From Spirochaetia bacterium (GTDB lineage: Bacteria; Spirochaetota; Spirochaetia; SZUA-6; Bin103): 64,000 bases of DNA. Location: the NCBI GenBank assembly GCA_965199955.1, contig CBDATQ010000001.1:2048001-2112000 (forward strand). The letters are read 5' to 3'. Below, piece by piece: positions 58,429-64,000 of the stretch (the stretch's first letter is position 1; every line of letters starts with the position of its first letter). A program made the position numbers and the translations under genes. The notes below the pieces were generated by a model. The model saw nothing but the letters and a program-made list of their open reading frames with translations. It did no database searches and was not told the origin of the DNA.

Positions 58429-60300
58429 ATGGCAGCAACCGAACAACTGACCGCCGCCCAGGCGGTCGTCAAGTACCTGAGCGTCCAGTACAGCGAGCGC
58501 GACGGCCGCCGCCGCCGGCTCGTACCGGCGATCTTCGGCATCTTCGGCCACGGCAACGTCGCCGGGCTGGGCCAGGCGCTGGATTCCGTCGGCGCCGACC
58601 TGCCGCTTTACCAGGCGCGCAACGAGCAGTCGATGGTGCACGTCGCCTCCGGCTACGCCAAGGCGACCCGGCGCGCCGCCACCCTGGCCTGTACCAGCTC
58701 GATCGGCCCCGGCGCCACGAACATGGTGACCGGCGCCGCCACCGCCACCATCAATCGCCTGCCGGTGCTGCTGCTGGCGTCCGACTACTACGCCACCCGC
58801 CACCAGGGCAACGTCCTGCAGGAGCTGGAGCACCCGCTGGCGGGCGACGTCAGCGTCAACGACTGCTTCCGGCCGATCAGCCGCTTCTTCGACCGCATCT
58901 CCCGGCCGGAACAGCTCCTCACCGCCCTGCCGGAAGCGATGCGCGTGCTCACCGACCCGGCGGAGACCGGTACGGTGACGATCGCGCTCCCCCAGGACGT
59001 GCAGGCGCACGCCTACCCGTTCCCGTCGCACCTGTTCGCGGAGCGCACATGGCGGATCGAACGGACGCCACCGGTCGCCGACCGCATCGCGGAGGCCGCG
59101 CGCCTGATCGAGCGCTCGCGGCGGCCGATGATCATCGCCGGCGGCGGCGTCAACTACTCGGAGGCGTGGGAAGCGCTCACCGATCTGGCCATGCTGGGGA
59201 TCCCGGTGTCGGAGACCTTCGGCGGGAAGGGCTGCTACCGCGGCCCGCGTGAGTGGTCGCTGGGCGGACACGGCGTCGAGGGGACGACCGCGGCCGCGCG
59301 CTCGGCGGAGCAGGCCGACCTGGTGATCGCCGTCGGCACCCGCCTAGGCGACTTCGCCACGGCCTCGAACAGCCTGTTCCACAACCCCGACGTGAAGTTC
59401 GTGAGCATCAACGTAAACGCCCACGACGCCTTCAAGAACGGCGCGCTGCCCGTCGTCGGCGACGCGCGCGAAGCGCTTGCCGCCTTGGCCGCCGCCTGCC
59501 GGGAGCGCGGCGTGGACCTCACGCACCGCACGGCGGAGCTCGCCAAGCTCCACGCCGAATGGGAGGAGGTCAAGGCCACCGACGCCTACGCCCCGCAAGC
59601 TGGCCAGGCGATGGGCGAGGGCGAGCTGATCCAGGCCTTCAACGCCGAGGCGCAGGACGGCGACTCCGTGGTTGCCGCCGCCGGCGGACCGGTCGGCAAC
59701 CTGCTCAAGCTCTGGGACACCACCGGCGGCGCCGGGTGCCACCTGGAGTTCGGCTTCTCCTGCATGGGCTGGGAGATGCCGGCCGCCCTGGGCGTCCGCA
59801 TGGAGCAGCCCGAAGGCGAGGTCTACGTGTACCTGGGCGACGGCAACTACCTGCTCAACCCCATGGAGCTCATGACCGCGTTGCAGGAAGACATGAAGAT
59901 CACGGTCGTCGTGGCCGACAACCATGGCTTCCAGGTGATCCGCCGCTTGCAGATGGCGCGCGCCGGCCACTCCTTCGGCACCGAGTTCCGCACCCGCGTC
60001 GACGGCCACCGCCTGGACGGGGAGTACCTGGCGGTCGACATGGCCGCGATCGCCGAGGCGATGGGAGCGCGCGGCTTCCACTGCACCACTCCCGACGAGG
60101 TGCGGGCGGCCGTGCGCGAGGCGCGTTCCGAGCGGCGGAGCTGCGTGATCGTCGCCGAGATAGAGAAGCACCGCTACGTGCCGGGCGCCGGAACCTGGTG
60201 GGACGTCGCCCCGGCCGAGGTGAGCCGCAGCGAAGTAACCCAGACCCTGCGCTCCGAGTACGAACGGGACCAAGCCGCCCTGCAGCGCTACCACTACTGA
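58429..60300 (+). CDS. iolD: 3D-(3,5/4)-trihydroxycyclohexane-1,2-dione acylhydrolase (TPP-dependent)
   Basis: IFGHGNVAGLGQAL, RNEQSM, TSSIGPGATNM, SVNDCFRP, HLEFGFSCMGWE, GDGNYL, WWDV. Confidence 0.95.
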   Translation: MAATEQLTAAQAVVKYLSVQYSERDGRRRRLVPAIFGIFGHGNVAGLGQALDSVGADLPLYQARNEQSMVHVASGYAKATRRAATLACTSSIGPGATNMVTGAATATINRLPVLLLASDYYATRHQGNVLQELEHPLAGDVSVNDCFRPISRFFDRISRPEQLLTALPEAMRVLTDPAETGTVTIALPQDVQAHAYPFPSHLFAERTWRIERTPPVADRIAEAARLIERSRRPMIIAGGGVNYSEAWEALTDLAMLGIPVSETFGGKGCYRGPREWSLGGHGVEGTTAAARSAEQADLVIAVGTRLGDFATASNSLFHNPDVKFVSINVNAHDAFKNGALPVVGDAREALAALAAACRERGVDLTHRTAELAKLHAEWEEVKATDAYAPQAGQAMGEGELIQAFNAEAQDGDSVVAAAGGPVGNLLKLWDTTGGAGCHLEFGFSCMGWEMPAALGVRMEQPEGEVYVYLGDGNYLLNPMELMTALQEDMKITVVVADNHGFQVIRRLQMARAGHSFGTEFRTRVDGHRLDGEYLAVDMAAIAEAMGARGFHCTTPDEVRAAVREARSERRSCVIVAEIEKHRYVPGAGTWWDVAPAEVSRSEVTQTLRSEYERDQAALQRYHY

Positions 60301-60329
60301 CCCGTTGCCTGCCTTGTGGGGGGCCGTGC

Positions 60330-60813
60330 TATGAAGCCGGCATCCCGGTCATCACCATGAACTCCGGACCATGAACTCCGGGCTCGAGCAGCAGCAGTGC
60401 CTGCAGGGCTACATGCCCATCATCGTGCTGCATCTCTACAACCAGAATGCAGGTCTGCTTCCGGGCGCGAACATCCCGTCCGGTCCCGGCTTCGTCGACG
60501 CGTCGAACGCAGGCCCTCGCGATCGCTCGCGCCATCTTCTTCGGGGCGCGGGTGCTCATCCTGGACGAGCCGACCTCCTCCCTTGGACAGAGGCAGCAGC
60601 TCGAGGTCCTCAAGACCATCAAGCGGGTGCGGAGCCGCGGAGACATCGCGGTCATCCTCATTACCCACAACGAGATCCATGCGCAGTTGGTCGCGGACCG
60701 CTACACGTTCCTCAGCCTGGGGCAGGTGAGCGAGCGGCGAGGGCGTCGCCGAAGATCTGGGCGGCGGCGCTCAGATGGCCGACCTCGAGGAAGAGCTGGT
60801 CGCCATCGGCTGA
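60330..60813 (+). pseudogene. Collapsed sugar (inositol-type) ABC transporter: binding-protein fragments joined to ATPase C-terminus
   Basis: AGIPVITMNSG, QQQCLQGYMPI..SGPGFVD, then QALAIARAIFFGARVLILDEPTSSLG..ITHN..ADLEEEL*. Confidence 0.75.
60354..60381. repeat. 14-bp perfect tandem duplication
   Basis: ACCATGAACTCCGG twice (60354-60367, 60368-60381). Confidence 0.9.
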
Positions 60814-60818
60814 GGCGT

Positions 60819-61709
60819 TCATCGATTCAGGCTGGCCCAGGTCAGGCTGCGCTCCCAGAGGTCGCGCGCCAGGTCGCGGTTCTCTGCCTGTGGCTGCGGT
60901 CTGCGTTCCGCCGTGACGTGGAAGTAGCGGCCGGACACCTCGCCTGGTTCCGAGCGCCGGATCGTTTCCAGCACCGCCTTTCCGCCGATCTCGGGATTGC
61001 GCATGACGACCGCCAGCGCACGCATGAACAGGCCGGGCACGCCGTGGTACCTGTTCCAGATGTTCGTGGCCAGCGCGCCGGGGTGCAGGGCGTTGACACA
61101 GATCCCCTGATCCTGAAAGCGTCGCGCGGCCTCCACCGTGAACAGGACGTTGGCCAGCTTGGCATCGCTGTAGGCTTGGAAACCGCCTTTCCACGCCCGG
61201 CCGCGGGCGATGTCGTCCAGCGGCGCACGGAGCAGGTCGCCGGAACGATGGACGATCGAGCTGACGTTCACGATCCGGCCCCCTCCGCGCAGGCGGTCCA
61301 GCAGCAGAGTGGTCAGCAGGAAGTGGCCTAGATGACAGGTGGCGAAGGTCCGTTCGAACCCCTCGGCCGTGGTCTGCAGGCGGTCGAGCGCTAGACCCGC
61401 GTTGTTCACCAGGATGTCGATGCGATCGAGCCGATCGTTCAACCGGGAGGCCAGCCCGCGCACCGAATCCGGGGAGGAGAGGTCCGCCGGCTCCAGCGTG
61501 GCGGCGGAGCCGGGACGAGAGCGTTCGATCTCGCTCAGCGCCCGCTCGCCGCGCGTCTGGTCGCGGCACACCAGCGTGACCTCCGCGCCGGCCGCACGCA
61601 GAAGCTCCGTGGCCGATCTGCCGACGCCGGAGTTGGCTCCGGTCACGACGGCGACGCACCCGGTCAGATCCACGTGGCGCAGTCTGCGCGGTGCGAGCCG
61701 GTTCGCCAA
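60819..61709 (-). CDS. SDR, retinol dehydrogenase/WWOX-like
   Basis: TGANSGVG, NNAG, HLGHFLLT, YSDAK, HPG; AAGGAG RBS. Confidence 0.9.
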   Translation of the reverse strand: MANRLAPRRLRHVDLTGCVAVVTGANSGVGRSATELLRAAGAEVTLVCRDQTRGERALSEIERSRPGSAATLEPADLSSPDSVRGLASRLNDRLDRIDILVNNAGLALDRLQTTAEGFERTFATCHLGHFLLTTLLLDRLRGGGRIVNVSSIVHRSGDLLRAPLDDIARGRAWKGGFQAYSDAKLANVLFTVEAARRFQDQGICVNALHPGALATNIWNRYHGVPGLFMRALAVVMRNPEIGGKAVLETIRRSEPGEVSGRYFHVTAERRPQPQAENRDLARDLWERSLTWASLNR

Positions 61710-61762
61710 CCGGATACTCCTTGACGGCCCGGCGTCGTCTTGCTGCTATCGGTGAGACTTTC

Positions 61763-63937
61763 ATGGAACGCCGGATCGGGAATACCTGTCCTCGTACGCC
61801 GGGAGCGATCCCGCTGGTGCTGGCGGCGCTGGTGCTCCTGCCCGCAACCGTGTTCGCCCGCATCACGGAAGACGCCATCGTGCTCGGCGCGGCGGTCTCG
61901 TTGACCGGCCGGTACACGACCGCCGGGCATCACACGCGCAACGGGTACGACCTGGCGGTCAAGATGATCAACGAGCGGGGCGGCGTCGTCGTCGCGGACA
62001 AGGCGTACCGGTTGGAGATCCTCTGCTACGACGACGAGTCGACGCCGGCCCGCGGCGCCCAGTTGGCCGAGCGCCTGATCCGGCAGGACGGCATCCGCTT
62101 CATGCTCGGCCCCTACAGCTCCGGGCTGACCACGGCCATCGCGCCGATCACCGAGCAGCACAAGGTGCCGATGGTGGAGGGCAACGGCGCCTCACGGGCG
62201 CTGTTCAACAAGGGCTACCGCTACCTGTTCGCGGTGCTTTCCACCTCCGAGCAGTACCTGCAGGAGGCGATCAACCTGGCGGCCGAGCAGGCCGCGGCGG
62301 GCGCACGGGATCCCGCGACCCTTCGGGTCGCCGTGGCGACCGCCAACGATCCGTTCTCGCAGGACATCCGCGCCGGCGTCATCGACGACGCCCGGAGGCA
62401 CGGCATGCAGGTGGTGATCGACGACAAGCTGCCCCGCGAAGCGAACGACATGGCGGCGACGCTGCTCAAGGTCAAGGCATTGCGCCCGGACGTGCTGCTG
62501 GTATCCGGCCACTCCAAGGGCGCCGCCCTGCTGGTCCGGCAGGCCGAGGAGATGCGGGCATCGGCGCCGATGGTCGCCATGACGCATTGCGAGTCGGCGC
62601 AGATCACCGACACGAAGCAGTTTGGCCACGCGGCCGAAGGCATCCTGTGCGCGGCCCAGTGGGCGCCCACGCTGACCTACCGCGACGGCCTGTTCGGCAG
62701 CGCCGCCGACTACGCGGTCCGGTTCGAAAAGGAGTACGGCTACGTCCCGCCGTACCAGGCCGCGGAGTCCACCGCCGCCGTCATGGTCTGGGCCGACGCC
62801 CTGGAGCGCGCCGGATCGTTCGACACCGAGACGGTGCGCGCAGCACTGGCCGCGACCGACATGCAGACCTTCTACGGCAACATCCGCTTCGACCAGACCG
62901 GCAAGAACATCGCCAAGCCGATGGTGCTGCTGCAGATCCAGGACGGGGAGTACCGGGTCGTGGCGCCGACCGACTGGGCCTCCGACGAGCTGGCTTTCCC
63001 GCGCCCGGGCTCGGCACCGGTTCCCGAGACGGTGGCCGCGCGCAGCGGCCCGCTGCTGCTGCAGTCGGGATCGCTGTCCGTGCAGCTCCTCCTTGACGGG
63101 CTGCTGGTGGGCGCCATCTTCGTGTTGGCAGCCTACGGGATGGCGCTGGTGTGGGGCGTAATGAACATCATCAACGTCTCGCAGGGAGAGCTGGTCATCC
63201 TGGGCGGCTACTTCACCTGGCTGCTGTCGACCCTGGGCGTCCATCCGCTGCTCGGGATTCCGGTTTCGGGAGCGGTCCTATTCGTGGTCGGCTGGGCGCT
63301 GTACCGGGCGGTAGTGTTCCGCATGGTCGACCGCGACCTGTTCGTGTCGCTGCTGGCCACATTCGGCTTGACGATCGTCCTGCAGCAGTTGATGAACCAG
63401 GTGTTCGGCGCCGACCTGCGGACCGCCAACGCCGGGCTCGGCTCCACGTTCCTGCTCGGCGACCGCGTGGTCCTGGGGAACATCAAGCTGGTGGCGTTCG
63501 CGGTGGCGCTCGTCACCGCGGCGTTGCTAGTGCTGTTCCTGCGGCGCAGCCGGGCTGGGCGGGCGATCCGGGCGACGGCCCAGAACGCGCGCGCGGCACG
63601 CCTGGTGGGCGTGCGCACCGATCGCGTCTACGCGCTGGCGTTCGCCCTGAACGCGGCGCTGTGCGGCGTCGCCGGCGCGCTGGTGGCGATGGTGTGGGTG
63701 ATCCATCCCTTCATCGGCATCACCTACACGGTACGGTCGTTCATGATCGTCGTGCTGGCGGGGCTGGGCAACGTCGCCGGCGTGGCTGTGGCCGGCACCG
63801 CGCTGGGAGTGGCGGAGAACTTCGCCGGCTTCAGCCTAGGCGTGGAGTTCCAGACCGCGTTCGTGTTCTCGCTGCTGGTGGTGATCCTGCTGGTGCGCAG
63901 CTATCTGCTCAGCCGCAGGCGGCAGGTGCTGCGATGA
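61763..63937 (+). CDS. Branched-chain amino acid (HAAT) ABC transporter: substrate-binding protein fused to LivH-type permease
   Basis: Signal peptide, LGAAVSLTG, YDDES, LGPYSS; then GMALVWGVMNIINVSQGE, GRAIRATAQN, VVLAGLGN. Confidence 0.88.
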   Translation: MERRIGNTCPRTPGAIPLVLAALVLLPATVFARITEDAIVLGAAVSLTGRYTTAGHHTRNGYDLAVKMINERGGVVVADKAYRLEILCYDDESTPARGAQLAERLIRQDGIRFMLGPYSSGLTTAIAPITEQHKVPMVEGNGASRALFNKGYRYLFAVLSTSEQYLQEAINLAAEQAAAGARDPATLRVAVATANDPFSQDIRAGVIDDARRHGMQVVIDDKLPREANDMAATLLKVKALRPDVLLVSGHSKGAALLVRQAEEMRASAPMVAMTHCESAQITDTKQFGHAAEGILCAAQWAPTLTYRDGLFGSAADYAVRFEKEYGYVPPYQAAESTAAVMVWADALERAGSFDTETVRAALAATDMQTFYGNIRFDQTGKNIAKPMVLLQIQDGEYRVVAPTDWASDELAFPRPGSAPVPETVAARSGPLLLQSGSLSVQLLLDGLLVGAIFVLAAYGMALVWGVMNIINVSQGELVILGGYFTWLLSTLGVHPLLGIPVSGAVLFVVGWALYRAVVFRMVDRDLFVSLLATFGLTIVLQQLMNQVFGADLRTANAGLGSTFLLGDRVVLGNIKLVAFAVALVTAALLVLFLRRSRAGRAIRATAQNARAARLVGVRTDRVYALAFALNAALCGVAGALVAMVWVIHPFIGITYTVRSFMIVVLAGLGNVAGVAVAGTALGVAENFAGFSLGVEFQTAFVFSLLVVILLVRSYLLSRRRQVLR

Positions 63938-64000
63938 ATCTGCGCCACGTCGGACCGCTGGCGCTGCTGGCGGTCGGCATCGCGGGACCGTTCATCGCGC
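63934..64000 (+). CDS. Probable LivM-type permease, start only
   Basis: ATGA overlap; hydrophobic MNLRHVGPLALLAVGIAGPFIA; position in operon. Confidence 0.55.
   Translation, partial: MNLRHVGPLALLAVGIAGPFIA

Noticed and set aside
1..64000. CRISPR array, rRNA/tRNA, prophage, integron or IS element
   Set aside because: No regularly spaced repeats, RNA-gene signatures, integrase or transposase motifs recognised by eye; short ncRNAs could have been missed.

Overview
High-GC (~70% by eye) bacterial chromosomal segment with no rRNA, tRNA, CRISPR array, phage or transposase genes that I can support. It is a patchwork of catabolic enzymes: six PhyH-type Fe(II)/2-oxoglutarate dioxygenases, four Gfo/Idh/MocA oxidoreductases, SDR/MDR/2-hydroxyacid dehydrogenases, amidohydrolases and a glycoside hydrolase. 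It also holds a troABCD-like Mn/Zn/Fe ABC operon, recQ, iolD, a stand-alone MutS-like ATPase, a fused LivK-LivH transporter and six toxin-antitoxin loci (2x VapBC, 2x MNT-HEPN, MazEF/ChpIK, HigBA). The gene content and a TroR-like operator suggest a host- or sponge-associated Spirochaetota-like organism (inference only). Main observations: (1) a PhyH paralogue with H-x-G in place of H-x-D, the hallmark of Fe/2OG halogenases; (2) at least ten genes or operons collapsed by internal deletions or fused into chimeras, one with visible microhomology; (3) about eleven genes with a TAnnnT box 6-8 nt before the start codon, i.e. probable leaderless mRNAs; (4) a YtgCR-like permease-repressor fusion with its likely operator; (5) two toxins broken while their antitoxins remain intact; (6) a PhyH-NUDIX-like fusion. 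Several single-base frameshifts lie in short homopolymers and may be sequencing errors. All family assignments come from motif recognition; no searches were run.
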